Assembly: GCA_029881275.1 (NCBI GenBank)
Contig: JAOUMX010000004.1
Span: 1 to 52,098 of the forward strand
From: Gammaproteobacteria bacterium
GTDB lineage: Bacteria > Pseudomonadota > Gammaproteobacteria > SZUA-229
Length of the DNA: 52,098 nt
Direction: 5' to 3'
This document shows, piece by piece, positions 9,951-21,735 of the stretch (position 1 is its first letter; each line of letters opens with the position of its first letter). The notes beneath the pieces are model-generated. The model did not search any database. It was not told the origin of the DNA and worked only from the letters and a program-made list of their open reading frames with translations. A program made the translations under genes and the position numbers.

Positions 9951-11459
9951 ATGAATAAAGAAATTCTATATGTAGTCGATGCTGTTTCTAATGAGAAAGG
10001 TGTCGACAAGGAAATTATTTTCGAAGCGATCGAGGCTGCGCTGGCGACCGCGACCCGTAAAAAGCATGGCAAAGATATTGATGTGCGTGTTCACATTGAT
10101 CGTGAAACCGGTGATTACGATACTTTCCGACGCTGGCAGGTGGTTGAAGAAGAGGAAGGCGGTGGCCTGGAAAGTCCATTACGTCAAACCACTCTGGAAG
10201 CTGCACAGGTAGAGCAGGCTGATATTCAGGTCGGTGACTATATTGAAGATCAGATCGAATCAGTTGAATTTGGTCGTATTGCCGCACAGACCGCCAAGCA
10301 GGTAATTGTGCAGAAAGTACGCGAAGCAGAGCGTGCCCGTGTTGTCGATGCTTTCCAGGACAAGATTGGTGAACTGGTGATGGGTACGGTGAAGCGTGTT
10401 GAGCGCGGCAATGTATACATTGACCTGGGTGAAAATGTTGAAGCGATTATTACACGTGATGAAATGATTCCCCGTGAGGCCGTTCGCCCGGGTGATCGTT
10501 TACGTGGTTACCTGAAAGAAGTACGTGCTGAAAGTCGTGGTCCACAATTATTTGTCAGTCGTTCTGCACCGGAATTTCTGGTTGAATTATTCAAAATAGA
10601 AGTGCCTGAAGTAGGTCAGGGGTTGATTGAGATTATCAGCGGTGCCCGTGATCCAGGTTCGCGCGCAAAAATTGCTGTAAAGTCTTCAGATCCACGTCTT
10701 GATCCTGTCGGTGCCTGTGTGGGTATGCGTGGTTCACGTGTTCAGTCTGTTTCCAATGAACTGGCAGGTGAACGCGTTGATATTATTCTCTGGGATGAGA
10801 ATCCGGCGCAATTTGTGATTAATGCTATGTCACCCGCTGAGGTGGTTTCGATCGTTGTTGATGAGGATTCACATACTATGGATATAGCCGTGGATGATGA
10901 AAAGTTATCACAGGCGATTGGCCGTGGCGGTCAGAATATTCGTATGGCCAGTCAGTTAACCGGCTGGGAGCTGAATGTAATGACATCATCGGATATGGAA
11001 GCCAAGTCTGAGACAGAAAGCAAGGAGCTGGTTGTCGCCTTTATGGAGCAGCTGGATGTAGATGAAGAAGTGGCAGTGATTCTTGCAGCTGAAGGGTTTT
11101 CCAGTATCGAAGAAGTGGCTTATGTGCCTGAATCCGAGTTAATGGAGATTGAAGAGTTTGATGAAGATATTGTTCAGGAGTTACGTGGTCGTGCACGTGA
11201 TGCACTGTTAACCCGTGCAATATCGCAGGAAGAAAAAGTTGATGAGCCACAGCAGGATCTGCTTGAAATGGATGGCATGGATAATGATCTGGCATACAAA
11301 CTGGCTAAACAGGGAATTACCAGTATGGAAGATCTTGCCGAGCAGTCAGTGGATGAATTATTAGAAATTGAAGGTATGACTGATGAACGTGCATCTCAAT
11401 TGATTATGACGGCACGTGCGCCCTGGTTTGCAAATGAAACCAGTGAGGCCAATCAGTAA
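9951..11459 (+). CDS. nusA: Transcription termination/antitermination factor NusA
   Basis: [49 protein letters not shown]; C-terminal acidic repeats. Confidence 0.98.
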   Translation: MNKEILYVVDAVSNEKGVDKEIIFEAIEAALATATRKKHGKDIDVRVHIDRETGDYDTFRRWQVVEEEEGGGLESPLRQTTLEAAQVEQADIQVGDYIEDQIESVEFGRIAAQTAKQVIVQKVREAERARVVDAFQDKIGELVMGTVKRVERGNVYIDLGENVEAIITRDEMIPREAVRPGDRLRGYLKEVRAESRGPQLFVSRSAPEFLVELFKIEVPEVGQGLIEIISGARDPGSRAKIAVKSSDPRLDPVGACVGMRGSRVQSVSNELAGERVDIILWDENPAQFVINAMSPAEVVSIVVDEDSHTMDIAVDDEKLSQAIGRGGQNIRMASQLTGWELNVMTSSDMEAKSETESKELVVAFMEQLDVDEEVAVILAAEGFSSIEEVAYVPESELMEIEEFDEDIVQELRGRARDALLTRAISQEEKVDEPQQDLLEMDGMDNDLAYKLAKQGITSMEDLAEQSVDELLEIEGMTDERASQLIMTARAPWFANETSEANQ

Positions 11460-11481
11460 TATTTCTGGGGGGAACATATAG

Positions 11482-14034
11482 ATGTCTAATGTAACAGTAG
11501 AACAACTCGCCGATGTGGTCGGAGCCCCAGTCGAGCGTTTGCTTGAGCAGCTAAAAGAAGCTGGTATTGAGGCAGACGATGCGAAAACGCTTATTAGTGA
11601 TGAAGATAAATTAAAATTACTCGACTTTTTGCGTAGCTCTCACGGTAAAACGGAAGAGAGTAAATCCGAAGGCAAACAACGCATTACACTTAAACGTAAA
11701 AGTGTTAGTGAGCTAAAGTTAGGTGGTGCTGGACGTGCTAAAACAGTTAATGTTGAAGTGCGTAAAAAACGTACCTATGTGAAGCGTAGTGAAGCCAGTT
11801 CAACTGAGAAAGATGAGCTGGATCGTTTAATGGCTGAAAAAGCGGCGCGTGATGAAAGCCGAAAACAGGCGGAAGAAGAAGCGCGTCGTAAGGCAGAAGA
11901 AGCGGCGATTGCCAAGGCAGAAGCAGAAGCTAAAGAAAAAGCAGAAGCAGAGGCCAGAGAAGCGGCGGCTAAAGAAAAAGCAGAAGCGGAAGCCAAGGCT
12001 AAAGTCGAGAAAAAGACAGTTCATGCAGTAGAAGAAGTGAGTAAGGCCAAAGAAGGTCGCAAGAAAGTTAAAAAGTCAGAAGAAGATTCTGATAGACCCA
12101 AACGTGGTGGCCGACATGATCGTGATGATGATAAATCAGAAACACGTTATGGGCGTAAAGAATTACATGTTGCTTCAGGTAAAAGCGGTCAGCGTAAGAA
12201 AAAATCCGGCAAACGTGATAGTTCATCAGACAGTGTTAGCAAGCATGGTTTTGAAATGCCGGCAGCACCTATTGTTCATGAAATAGGTGTTCCTGAAACA
12301 ATTAAAGTATCAGAGCTTGCACAGAAAATGTCGATGAAGTCTGCTGAAGTGATCAAGCTAATGATGAAAATGGGTGTTATGGCAACCATTAATCAGGTTA
12401 TTGATCAGGATACAGCGGTTCTGGTTGTTGAGGAATGTGGCCACAAAGCACGTCCAGTCAGTGATGATGATCGTGAAAAGAGTTTACTGGAAACGGCTGA
12501 ACAGGAACTTGGAGAAGCGGTTCCACGTCCGCCGGTTGTTACCATTATGGGTCATGTTGACCATGGTAAAACATCGTTGCTTGATTATATCCGTGCCTCA
12601 AAAGTAGCCTCAGGTGAAGCCGGTGGTATTACACAGCATATCGGTGCTTATCATGTAGAAACCGAGAAAGGTGTTATTTCTTTCCTTGATACACCGGGCC
12701 ATGCAGCATTCACATCTATGCGTGCACGTGGTGCCAAGTCGACAGATATCGTTATTCTGGTCGTTGCTGCAGATGATGGTGTTATGCCGCAGACGATTGA
12801 AGCGATTCAGCATGCGAAAGCAGCGGGTGTACCAATCATCGTTGCGATTAATAAAATTGATAAAGAAGATGCTGATCCGGATCGCGTAAAGAATGCGCTG
12901 GGTAATCATGAAGTCATTCCAGAAGAATGGGGTGGTGAAAATATTTTTGTAAACGTCTCAGCCAAAACCGGTGAAGGTGTTGATGATTTACTGGATGCGA
13001 TTAGTATTCAGGCAGAAGTGATGGAATTAAAAGCACCGGCGACAGGTCCTGCTAAAGGCCTGGTCATTGAGGCAACGCTGGATAAGGGTCGTGGTGTAAT
13101 GACCACAGTACTTGTTCAGCAGGGTAAATTGAACAAGGGCGATATATTGCTTGCTGGTCAGGAATATGGACGTGTTCGTGCCATGTTTGATGAAAATGGC
13201 AATCAGGTTTCTGAAGTTGGTCCATCTATTCCTGTTCTGGTATTGGGTTTATCGAATACGCCATCAGCAGGCGATCCTATTCAGGTGTTACCGGATGAAC
13301 GTACTGCCCGTGAACTGGCTATGAGCCGTCATGATAAAGATCGCAATGCACGTCTTGCCACTCAGCAACAGGCCAAGCTGGATTCCATGTTTGCCAATAT
13401 GGGTAAAGCAGAAGTGAGTGTGCTGAATATTCTGCTTAAAGCCGATGTACAGGGTAGTCTTGAAGCAATACGCGATGCGTTAAATAAACTGGCCATTGAT
13501 AATGATGAAGTTGATGTCAATATTATTGGCAGTGGTGTTGGTGGTATTAATGAAACCGACGTAACACTGGCTGCTGCTTCGAATGCTATTATTTTGGGCT
13601 TTAATGTGCGTGCTGATGCGGCAGCCAGAAAAGCTGTTTCTGAGCGTGGCGTTGATTTGCATTATTATAGTGTGATTTATGATCTGATTGATGAAGTGAA
13701 GCGTGCATTAACAGGTATGTTAGCGCCGGAGTTCAGAGAGCAGATTATTGGTCTGGCTGAAGTGAAAGACGTCTTTAAATCACCCAAGTTTGGACTGGTG
13801 GCGGGTTCACTGGTTACTGAAGGTGTTGTTAAACGTAATCAGCCGATTCGTGTGCTGCGTGACAATGTTGTTATTTATGAAGGTGAACTTGAGTCGCTGC
13901 GTCGTTTCAAGGATGACGTTGAAGAAGTTCGCAGTGGTACCGAATGTGGTATTGCGGTTAGAAACTACAATGACGTTAGAGCAGGCGATCAGATAGAAGT
14001 ATTTGAACGTATTCAGGTTGAACGTACACTTTAA
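11482..14034 (+). CDS. infB: Translation initiation factor IF-2
   Basis: GTPase motifs [35 protein letters not shown]; C-terminal [10 protein letters not shown]. Confidence 0.98.
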   Translation: MSNVTVEQLADVVGAPVERLLEQLKEAGIEADDAKTLISDEDKLKLLDFLRSSHGKTEESKSEGKQRITLKRKSVSELKLGGAGRAKTVNVEVRKKRTYVKRSEASSTEKDELDRLMAEKAARDESRKQAEEEARRKAEEAAIAKAEAEAKEKAEAEAREAAAKEKAEAEAKAKVEKKTVHAVEEVSKAKEGRKKVKKSEEDSDRPKRGGRHDRDDDKSETRYGRKELHVASGKSGQRKKKSGKRDSSSDSVSKHGFEMPAAPIVHEIGVPETIKVSELAQKMSMKSAEVIKLMMKMGVMATINQVIDQDTAVLVVEECGHKARPVSDDDREKSLLETAEQELGEAVPRPPVVTIMGHVDHGKTSLLDYIRASKVASGEAGGITQHIGAYHVETEKGVISFLDTPGHAAFTSMRARGAKSTDIVILVVAADDGVMPQTIEAIQHAKAAGVPIIVAINKIDKEDADPDRVKNALGNHEVIPEEWGGENIFVNVSAKTGEGVDDLLDAISIQAEVMELKAPATGPAKGLVIEATLDKGRGVMTTVLVQQGKLNKGDILLAGQEYGRVRAMFDENGNQVSEVGPSIPVLVLGLSNTPSAGDPIQVLPDERTARELAMSRHDKDRNARLATQQQAKLDSMFANMGKAEVSVLNILLKADVQGSLEAIRDALNKLAIDNDEVDVNIIGSGVGGINETDVTLAAASNAIILGFNVRADAAARKAVSERGVDLHYYSVIYDLIDEVKRALTGMLAPEFREQIIGLAEVKDVFKSPKFGLVAGSLVTEGVVKRNQPIRVLRDNVVIYEGELESLRRFKDDVEEVRSGTECGIAVRNYNDVRAGDQIEVFERIQVERTL

Positions 14035-14402
14035 TGCCAAAAGAATTTTCACGTTCACAACGCATGGCGGAACAGATTCGTCGCGAATTATCAGAATTAA
14101 TTCGTAATGAAATTAAAGATCCACGTGTTAGCTGGGTTTCTATTACGGCAGTAAAATGCAGTAAGGATCTGACCAGTGCCATTGTTTATTTTACGCTGAT
14201 GGATAACAGCAATAGCGATCAAACTCTGCAGACATTAAATAATGCTGCAGGGTTTTTGCGTAAACAACTGGCGTCCAGGATACGTTCACGAATTACGCCG
14301 GTATTAAAATTTATTTATGACAATAGTATTGAACGTGGATCTGAGATGGATGCATTAATTGCCAAAGCCAGATCAACTGATGCGGATGTCGATTCTGAAT
14401 AA
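14034..14402 (+). CDS. rbfA: 30S ribosome-binding factor RbfA
   Basis: SRSQRMAEQIRRELS, KDPR, AAGFLR, PVLKFIYD; overlaps the infB stop (TAATG). Confidence 0.96.
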   Translation: MPKEFSRSQRMAEQIRRELSELIRNEIKDPRVSWVSITAVKCSKDLTSAIVYFTLMDNSNSDQTLQTLNNAAGFLRKQLASRIRSRITPVLKFIYDNSIERGSEMDALIAKARSTDADVDSE

Positions 14403-14461
14403 TTCGTTGTTGTTATTTTCTTCGTTATTTTTTCAAGATTATCATTCAGGTTTTAGATTAA

Positions 14462-15376
14462 ATGGGACAGAACCCTAGAAAGAAAAAAGGTCGTCCAGTG
14501 CATGGCGTATTGTTACTCGATAAGCCATTACATATGTCATCAAACCATGCGCTACAGAGAGTGAAACGTCTGTTTGCAGCGCAGAAGGCAGGGCATACCG
14601 GTAGCCTTGATCCTCTGGCAACCGGTATGTTGCCAGTTTGTTTAGGTGAAGCTACCAAGATTTCTGCTTTTTTGCTGGATGCCAATAAAACCTATCGATT
14701 TAAATGTCAGCTGGGTACGCGAACGGCAACTGCAGATGCCGAAGGTGAGGTAATCGAAACGCTGCCTTTTGAGCATGTTACGCTTAAAGATGTAGAAACG
14801 ATAATTCCCCGCTTTATTGGTGATATAGAACAGATACCACCGATGTATTCCGCACTTAAGAAAGATGGTCAGCGTTTATATGAACTGGCCCGTCAGGGTG
14901 TAGAGGTAGAACGCAAGCCGAGACCGGTCACTATATATAGACTGGATATACTGGGTTTTGAGCAGGGTGAGCTGGAGCTGGAAGTGGAATGCTCAAAAGG
15001 AACCTATGTGCGTACCCTGGCTGAAGATATCGGTAAAGCGCTGGGGACGGGAGCTTATGTGACTCTGTTGCACCGATTAACCGTGGGTCCCTATAGCGGT
15101 GATATGATTTCACTGGACCAGCTGGAGCAACTGTCTGAACATGGATTTGACCGGCTGGATGCAGAGTTGCTACCGGTGGATAGTGGCATTATTGACTGGC
15201 CGGAAGTCAGGCTGGATGCGGACAGTGCTTTTTATGTCAGGCAGGGGCAGCCGGTTCAGGTTGCCAGAGCGCCGACTAAAGGCTGGGTCAAAATTTATGA
15301 TGATCAGGGCTTTATTGGTCTCGGTCAAATTCAGGATGATGGTCGGGTTGCGCCCCGACGGATGATGAATTTTTAG
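14462..15376 (+). CDS. truB: tRNA pseudouridine(55) synthase
   Basis: GVLLLDKP, KAGHTGSLDPLATGML, PPMYSALK, CSKGTYVRTL. Confidence 0.97.
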   Translation: MGQNPRKKKGRPVHGVLLLDKPLHMSSNHALQRVKRLFAAQKAGHTGSLDPLATGMLPVCLGEATKISAFLLDANKTYRFKCQLGTRTATADAEGEVIETLPFEHVTLKDVETIIPRFIGDIEQIPPMYSALKKDGQRLYELARQGVEVERKPRPVTIYRLDILGFEQGELELEVECSKGTYVRTLAEDIGKALGTGAYVTLLHRLTVGPYSGDMISLDQLEQLSEHGFDRLDAELLPVDSGIIDWPEVRLDADSAFYVRQGQPVQVARAPTKGWVKIYDDQGFIGLGQIQDDGRVAPRRMMNF

Positions 15377-15441
15377 TCAGATAGTGGATAAATGGGGTCT
15401 AAATTACCCGGGTTTTCCACTATTTAACTTTTAGTCAGATA
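15371..15441. repeat. 13-bp direct repeat flanking an imperfect hairpin
   Basis: TTTTAGTCAGATA at 15371-15383 and 15429-15441; inverted repeat ATAGTGGA (15381-15388) / TCCACTAT (15416-15423). Confidence 0.6.
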
Positions 15442-15479
15442 ATTTAAGCATATTTAGGTATTTTAACGTCACGGAACCT

Positions 15480-15508
15480 TTGGTGCGCCGTGATTTTCGT
15501 GATAAAAT
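15480..15508 (+). promoter_or_regulatory. Putative sigma70 promoter for rpsO
   Basis: TTGGTG, 17-bp spacer, TAAAAT with an extended -10 TG, followed by GC-rich cgccg. Confidence 0.45.
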
Positions 15509-15550
15509 CGCCGATCTTTTACCAGGCATTATGAGTCAGGAGTACTATCT

Positions 15551-15820
15551 ATGGCATTAACAGCTACAGATAAATCAGAAATTGTTAGTAAATTTTCACG
15601 TTCAGAAGGTGATACAGGTTCACCAGAAGTTCAGGTTGCATTATTAACAGAACGTATTACCCAGTTAACGGGTCATTTTAAAGATCACAATCATGATCAC
15701 CATTCACGTCGCGGTTTGCTGCGTATGGTTAATCAGCGTCGTAAATTACTTGATTATCTAAAATCTAAAGATGGTCAGCGTTATAAAGACCTGATTGGTA
15801 GTCTTGGACTACGTCGTTAA
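15551..15820 (+). CDS. rpsO: 30S ribosomal protein S15
   Basis: [13 protein letters not shown] and [23 protein letters not shown]; 89 aa. Confidence 0.98.
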   Translation: MALTATDKSEIVSKFSRSEGDTGSPEVQVALLTERITQLTGHFKDHNHDHHSRRGLLRMVNQRRKLLDYLKSKDGQRYKDLIGSLGLRR

Positions 15821-15855
15821 TTAAATTATTAAAACCTTAATAGGGATCTATTGTT

Positions 15856-17940
15856 GTGACTGCGATTAAAAAATCATTTCAGTTTGGTGACCATAATGTC
15901 ACCATCGAAACCGGCGAAATAGCTCGTCAGGCATCAGGTGCCGTATTAGTTAATATGGATGACACTGTGGTGCTGGTAACCGCTGTTGTTGTTAAGGGAA
16001 GTGAGCCAAAAGACTTTTTTCCATTAACAGTGAATTACCAGGAGCGTACTTACGCAGCAGGTAAGATACCCGGCAGTTTCTTCAAGCGTGAAGGTCGTCC
16101 GTCAGAAAAAGAAACACTGACCAGTCGTCTTATCGACAGACCTATCCGCCCTTTATTCCCTAAAGGTTTTACTAACGAAGTTCAGGTTATTGCCACGGTT
16201 GTTTCTTTAAACAATGATATTGATCCTGATATTCCTGCCATGATTGGTACCTCAGCGGCACTGGCCATATCCGGTGCGCCATTTGCAGGCCCAATCGGTG
16301 CGGCTCGTGTTGGTTACAAAGACGGTGCTTATCTTCTTAACCCGACTTTCAGTCAGTTAAAAACCTCAGATCTGGACCTGGTCGTTGCCGGTACTACTGA
16401 TGCGGTTCTGATGGTTGAATCAGAAGCAAAAGAATTACCTGAAGAAGTAATGCTGGGTGCCGTGATGTTTGGTCATGAGCAATTCCAGGTAGTTATTAAG
16501 GCTATCAATGAGCTGGCAGCTGAAGTGAATACCCCGGCCATTGAATGGACAGCACCTGAAACCAATGAAGATTTACTGAAAGCCGTAACCGATGCCGTTT
16601 CTGCTGATTTGACCACGGCCTACCAGATTTCAGAAAAGCTGGAACGCTATGCAGCCGTTGATAAAGTACGTGATGCAGCCGTAGCCAAAGTCGCCAGTGA
16701 AGGTGGCTATACAGTTGATGAAGTGAAAGGTGCTTTCGGTAAGCTTGAAAAGAACATTGTACGCGGCCGTATTCTTTCCGGTGAAAAACGTATCGATGGC
16801 CGTAACCTGGATGATGTTCGTCCTATTACCGTTCGTACCAGTGTATTACCTCGCACCCATGGTTCAGCCTTGTTTACCCGCGGTGAGACTCAGGCGATTG
16901 TGGTAACAACCTTAGGTACAGCCCGTGACGCGCAGAAGATCGATGCCCTTGAAGGTGAAATGACCGATAACTTCATGCTGCATTACAACTTCCCTCCTTA
17001 CAGTGTTGGTGAAGCCGGTCGTGTTGGTACTCCAGGTCGTCGTGAAATCGGACACGGTCGTTTAGCCAAGCGTGGCGTGCTGGCGGTTATGCCAACAGAA
17101 ACAGATTTTCCTTATTCCATTCGTGTGGTGTCAGAGATTACCGAATCAAACGGTTCAAGTTCTATGGCATCAGTGTGTGGTACCAGTCTGGCATTGATGG
17201 ATGCAGGCGTACCCATAAAAGCACCTGTGGCCGGTATTGCTATGGGTCTGGTGAAAGAAGGCGATAAATACGCAGTATTAAGTGACATTCTGGGTGATGA
17301 AGATCATCTGGGTGATATGGATTTCAAAGTAGCGGGTACCGCTAACGGTGTTAATGCGCTGCAAATGGATATCAAGATCACAGGCATTACTAAAGAAATT
17401 ATGGAAAAAGCCCTGGAGCAGGCCAAAGGCGGCCGTATGTTCATTCTGGGTGAAATGAACAAGGTGATTTCTGAGCCAAGCACAGAAATGTCACATTATG
17501 CGCCTCGTTATCTGAAGATGAAAATTCATCCCGATAAGATTCGTGATGTTATCGGTAAGGGTGGTGCAGTTATACGTTCGATTACAGAAGAAACTGGTGT
17601 TTCTATTGATATCGATGACGATGGTAATGTGAAAATCGCGTCCAATGATTTCAGTGCTGCAGAAGATGCCAAGAATCGTATTGAACAGATCACTGCTGAA
17701 GCCGAAGTCGGTAAAGTCTATGATGGCACTGTCATCAAGATTATGGATTTCGGTGCGTTTGTACGTATTCTGCCTAACAAAGAAGGTCTGGTTCATATTT
17801 CACAGATCTGTGAGGAACGCGTCGAAAATGTCAGTGATAAACTGTCAGAAGGCGATGTTGTGAAAGTTAAAGTGCTTGAAATTGATCGTCAGGGACGTAT
17901 TCGTTTGAGCATGAAAGCAGCTGAAGTAACACCTGCATAA
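15856..17940 (+). CDS. pnp: Polyribonucleotide nucleotidyltransferase (PNPase)
   Basis: [57 protein letters not shown]; KH and S1 domains; GTG start. Confidence 0.98.
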   Translation: MTAIKKSFQFGDHNVTIETGEIARQASGAVLVNMDDTVVLVTAVVVKGSEPKDFFPLTVNYQERTYAAGKIPGSFFKREGRPSEKETLTSRLIDRPIRPLFPKGFTNEVQVIATVVSLNNDIDPDIPAMIGTSAALAISGAPFAGPIGAARVGYKDGAYLLNPTFSQLKTSDLDLVVAGTTDAVLMVESEAKELPEEVMLGAVMFGHEQFQVVIKAINELAAEVNTPAIEWTAPETNEDLLKAVTDAVSADLTTAYQISEKLERYAAVDKVRDAAVAKVASEGGYTVDEVKGAFGKLEKNIVRGRILSGEKRIDGRNLDDVRPITVRTSVLPRTHGSALFTRGETQAIVVTTLGTARDAQKIDALEGEMTDNFMLHYNFPPYSVGEAGRVGTPGRREIGHGRLAKRGVLAVMPTETDFPYSIRVVSEITESNGSSSMASVCGTSLALMDAGVPIKAPVAGIAMGLVKEGDKYAVLSDILGDEDHLGDMDFKVAGTANGVNALQMDIKITGITKEIMEKALEQAKGGRMFILGEMNKVISEPSTEMSHYAPRYLKMKIHPDKIRDVIGKGGAVIRSITEETGVSIDIDDDGNVKIASNDFSAAEDAKNRIEQITAEAEVGKVYDGTVIKIMDFGAFVRILPNKEGLVHISQICEERVENVSDKLSEGDVVKVKVLEIDRQGRIRLSMKAAEVTPA

Positions 17941-17961
17941 TTAGTTATATTATCTGCTATC

Positions 17962-17987
17962 AAAAAGGGGCCTGCGGGCCCCTTTTT
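17962..17987 (+). terminator. Intrinsic terminator after pnp
   Basis: aaaaaggggcc-tgcg-ggccccttttt perfect hairpin with T tail. Confidence 0.9.
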
Positions 17988-18271
17988 GTTGTTTATGTTT
18001 ACCCATTTGAGGGATGAGTAAATTAATGGTTTAGGGTAGTTTATAATTCAAATCTAGACTAAATAATAAATATTATCGCTGTTCTTTAATAAGTCTTTAT
18101 TAATATAAGCCATTGCTGATGTAGAAGGTGTGGTTAAGGCATGGAGTTAATAGAAAATCATTTTGTTGATTTTTTTCTTCGATGTCCTGAAAGAGATTCA
18201 TTATTTTACCCTGTAGCAGAATTAGTTATCGACTGATAACTCGCCATTAATGTCTGTATTGTTGAGATTAA

Positions 18272-20833
18272 ATGTTGGATGTAAAAAAAATTTCAGGATT
18301 GTTTGAGAGTATGCGTGCACGCTATGTCTTCGGTGCGCTTGTCTTAACCATGGTGTTTGTAATTAGTGTATGGATGACACATGTCTTTATTTCAGATGCT
18401 ATTAACTCAACAGCCATTAATAGTTATGATAGGAATAAGATTTTAGATATTCATCGTGCTATCAGACAAACCTTGTTACATGCAGGGTACTCATTACAGA
18501 CGTATCTGGTGACGCCAGAAAAGAAAGAGTATGAGCATGTGGTGCGGCACCTGGATGATAGTATTACAAAAATAAATTCCATAGCTGAATACGACTGGGT
18601 TAAAACTCAACAGCTTGATCAGCATGTCAGTTTGTTACAAACTAATTTACATCAATACAAGGCCGTTGCTGTCAGTTTAATGGATGTGCGTGTTAATGCT
18701 GAAGGTCTGTTTCCGGCTTATGCAAATATTAATACCGTAATGTTGCCAAAGAATATTCAGTTTATGACCAATGTCAGGCTGGCACTGGATGACTTGTCAA
18801 CAAGGTTGGGCGAATTAAAAGTAAAGCATTTATATAATGATCTTAGTGTAATAAAAGACCATTGGGTGGATATGATTGGTTCTTTCAGGATGTATTTATC
18901 TGATAGAGCTATGAGTATTAGTACCTTATCAGATGGCAGTGATCATGAATTTATTATTACTACACATTATGAGTTTATAAAAAAAGAAATAAAAAATATT
19001 AATAAAATACAGAAAAGTTTTGATGCAGGGTTGCAGACAGAAGCTTCTATTGATGAAATGGATAAGGCTTTAGATGCCTGGTTTGGTGCATTTCAGGAAA
19101 CAAAAGATGTTTACAATAGTGGCAAATGGCGACTCGACGAAATTATTATGCGGGAAACTATTAAGCCATTAAGTGAAGAGATTTGGGGGAATTTGAATCA
19201 GCTTGAAATCAAGCTTGGCTTATCATCGCAGGGCGATGTCAATAAACTTGCAACTGTAGCGTCAGAGGTGAATTCAATGCTCTGGCTACGCATGTTGGTC
19301 TCGTTGATCTTTGTGATTACCGCATTTCTGGCTTTTGAATATTGGGTGCTTCGACCTATCGCCAGAATATCTCATGCACTTAAAGCTGAAGCTGATGGTG
19401 AGCCGATTATTGAAGAGTTACCTAAGGCGAATACGCTGGAAACACGTGAGTTAATTGAAGCATTTAATGAAATGCGCACACAGGTTAATTTGCGACAGCT
19501 GGAACTCAAGCATCAAACATTACACGATAGTTTGACCGATATTCCAAATCGCCTGTATCTCAGGAATCGGTTGATGGAGTTAATTGAAGAGTCAAGAAAA
19601 GATCAAAAGGAACTTGCGTTGTTAATGATTGATCTCGACAGATTTAAAGCTATTAATGATACTCTGGGGCATCACATGGGTGATCGTGTGTTGCGTGAAG
19701 TGGGTCCGCGTTTCATGGGTGAGTTACGTAAAAATGATTTTCTTGCCCGATTAGGTGGAGATGAATTTGCCGTACTCCTGCCGGATTCAAATATCGATCG
19801 AGCGCATGATGTTGCGCAACGATTAAGCAAATCACTTGATGTTGAGTTTAATATAGACGGTCAGAGATTGTTGATTGGTAGCAGCATTGGTATTGCCATG
19901 TACCCGCATCATGGTATCAACCAGCAAACATTGTTACAAAGAGCTGATGTTGCAATGTATATGTCAAAACATAAAAACCTGAAATACGTTGTTTATGATG
20001 AAGATGAAGATGAACATAGCGTATGGCAGCTTTCATTCGAAAGCGAATTATATGATGCACTGCAAACAGATGATCAACTGCAATTGCATTATCAGCCGAA
20101 AATTAATTTTAGTAATGATGCCATGTATGGTGTTGAAGCATTATTGCGCTGGCATCATCCGGAACATGGTTTAATACCAGCCTATGAAGTTCATTTACTG
20201 GCAGAGAAAACAGGGCTTATCAAAGCGCTAACAGACTGGGTTGTGAAAACCGCGATCAAGCAGTTATCTGACTGGTCGCATAAAAACATAAATCTGAGTA
20301 TTGCTGTGAATTTGTCCGTATGGAATCTTCAGGATCCTGATTTATTCGATTATGTAAAGAATCTGTTGCGTGAATATAATGTACCAGCTAATCGACTGGT
20401 GATGGAAGTAACTGAAAGCGCGGTTATGTCTGATCCTGACAGTGCTATTGAAACTATGTCAAGATTATCAAATCTCGGTGTGGTTTTATCTATTGATGAT
20501 TTTGGTGTTGGTTTTTCTTCATTGCAGTATCTGAAAAAATTGCCCGTTAAAGAGCTGAAAATTGATAAGTCATTTGTTATGGATATGATTGTCGATGAAA
20601 ATGACGCAGTGATAGTTAAATCAACCATTGCTCTGGCGCATAATTTAGGTCTGAGTGTTATTGCGGAAGGAATAGAGAATAAGGAAGTTTATGATTTATT
20701 AAAAATAATTGGATGTGATAAAGCACAGGGATTTTTTATGGGTAAACCCATGGCCGTCAAAGAGCTGGAAGAATGGATGTTTTATTCAAAATGGGTGGTT
20801 CGGTCTGGTGCTCAGATAAAGTTGATTAAGTAG
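18272..20833 (+). CDS. Membrane-anchored sensor with HAMP-like, GGDEF and EAL domains
   Basis: Two TM segments around a roughly 300-aa helical periplasmic region; HAMP-like LRPIARI..AFNEM; RKNDFLARLGGDEF; EALLRW, DDFGVGFSSL, KIDKSF, AEGIE, QGF. Confidence 0.9.
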   Translation: MLDVKKISGLFESMRARYVFGALVLTMVFVISVWMTHVFISDAINSTAINSYDRNKILDIHRAIRQTLLHAGYSLQTYLVTPEKKEYEHVVRHLDDSITKINSIAEYDWVKTQQLDQHVSLLQTNLHQYKAVAVSLMDVRVNAEGLFPAYANINTVMLPKNIQFMTNVRLALDDLSTRLGELKVKHLYNDLSVIKDHWVDMIGSFRMYLSDRAMSISTLSDGSDHEFIITTHYEFIKKEIKNINKIQKSFDAGLQTEASIDEMDKALDAWFGAFQETKDVYNSGKWRLDEIIMRETIKPLSEEIWGNLNQLEIKLGLSSQGDVNKLATVASEVNSMLWLRMLVSLIFVITAFLAFEYWVLRPIARISHALKAEADGEPIIEELPKANTLETRELIEAFNEMRTQVNLRQLELKHQTLHDSLTDIPNRLYLRNRLMELIEESRKDQKELALLMIDLDRFKAINDTLGHHMGDRVLREVGPRFMGELRKNDFLARLGGDEFAVLLPDSNIDRAHDVAQRLSKSLDVEFNIDGQRLLIGSSIGIAMYPHHGINQQTLLQRADVAMYMSKHKNLKYVVYDEDEDEHSVWQLSFESELYDALQTDDQLQLHYQPKINFSNDAMYGVEALLRWHHPEHGLIPAYEVHLLAEKTGLIKALTDWVVKTAIKQLSDWSHKNINLSIAVNLSVWNLQDPDLFDYVKNLLREYNVPANRLVMEVTESAVMSDPDSAIETMSRLSNLGVVLSIDDFGVGFSSLQYLKKLPVKELKIDKSFVMDMIVDENDAVIVKSTIALAHNLGLSVIAEGIENKEVYDLLKIIGCDKAQGFFMGKPMAVKELEEWMFYSKWVVRSGAQIKLIK

Positions 20834-21620
20834 TCTTTTGTTTGTTATCTAGCTGAATTATTTTATCTATAGCTCGTGCTGCTGCGACGAAACCAAATGT
20901 TGCTGTTACGAATGTGGCAGATCCAAAGCCAAAGTTACAGTCAAGAGACGCACCTTTTATCCCCGGTTTTGCATGGCAAACGCTACCATCCGCTTTGGGA
21001 TAACGTTGTTGTTCGGTAGAAAATACACAGGGAATACCGAAAGTGCGTTTGGGATTTTTGGTGTAACCATATTCATATCTCAGTCGAGATCTGACTTTTG
21101 CTGCTAAAGGATCATTCCATGTTCGTGCCAGATCGGTGACTTCAATGCTGGTTGGATCCGTCAGGCCACCTGCACCGCCGGTTGTGATTACAGGGATTTT
21201 GTTTCTTTTACAGTAATAAATAATTGCAGCTTTAAATTTGATGCTATCAATGGCATCGATCACTACATCGTATCCAGGGCCAAGATGCCTGCTCAGGGTA
21301 CTGTCTGTTATAAAGTCATCAATAATATGATAGACACATTCTGGATTAATATCATGAATGCGTTGTGACATGGCTTCAACTTTCGATTGTTCCAGCGTGC
21401 TGGTTAAGCTGTGGATTTGTCGATTAATATTACTGGCGGCAATATCATCATGATCAATCAGGGTGATTTTGCCGATTCCAGAGCGGGCTAGTGCTTCTAC
21501 TGCCCAGGAGCCAACACCGCCGATACCAATTACACAAATATGTGCCTTGCGCAGAGACTCTGTTGCATTAATGCCGTAAAGACGTTTAATACCACCAAAA
21601 CGCAGATCGTATTCACTCAT
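20826..21620 (-). CDS. tcdA: tRNA threonylcarbamoyladenosine dehydratase (ThiF/E1 family)
   Basis: RFGGIKRLYG, IGIGGVGSWAVEALARSG, SNINRQ, GGAGG..DPT, DPLAAKVR, LDCNFGFG, VTATFG. Confidence 0.93.
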   Translation of the reverse strand: MSEYDLRFGGIKRLYGINATESLRKAHICVIGIGGVGSWAVEALARSGIGKITLIDHDDIAASNINRQIHSLTSTLEQSKVEAMSQRIHDINPECVYHIIDDFITDSTLSRHLGPGYDVVIDAIDSIKFKAAIIYYCKRNKIPVITTGGAGGLTDPTSIEVTDLARTWNDPLAAKVRSRLRYEYGYTKNPKRTFGIPCVFSTEQQRYPKADGSVCHAKPGIKGASLDCNFGFGSATFVTATFGFVAAARAIDKIIQLDNKQKTT

Positions 21621-21735
21621 ATTACTTATGCTGGGTAATTATAAAAGATAGAGTATAAATGATTTTAGATTTAGACGGTTGAACAGGTTTTGAGATGTTT
21701 ATGATTTTGTACAATCCTCCCGGTGAGAATATGCA

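Noticed and set aside
11860-12005. Repeated gcagaagc / gctaaagaaaaagcagaagc units
   Set aside because: They encode the ordinary Ala/Glu/Lys-rich linker of IF-2; not a CRISPR array or an independent repeat.
17988-18271. AT-rich intergenic region as an sRNA or c-di-GMP riboswitch
   Set aside because: No riboswitch consensus, stable stem or terminator that I could recognise; treated as promoter DNA.
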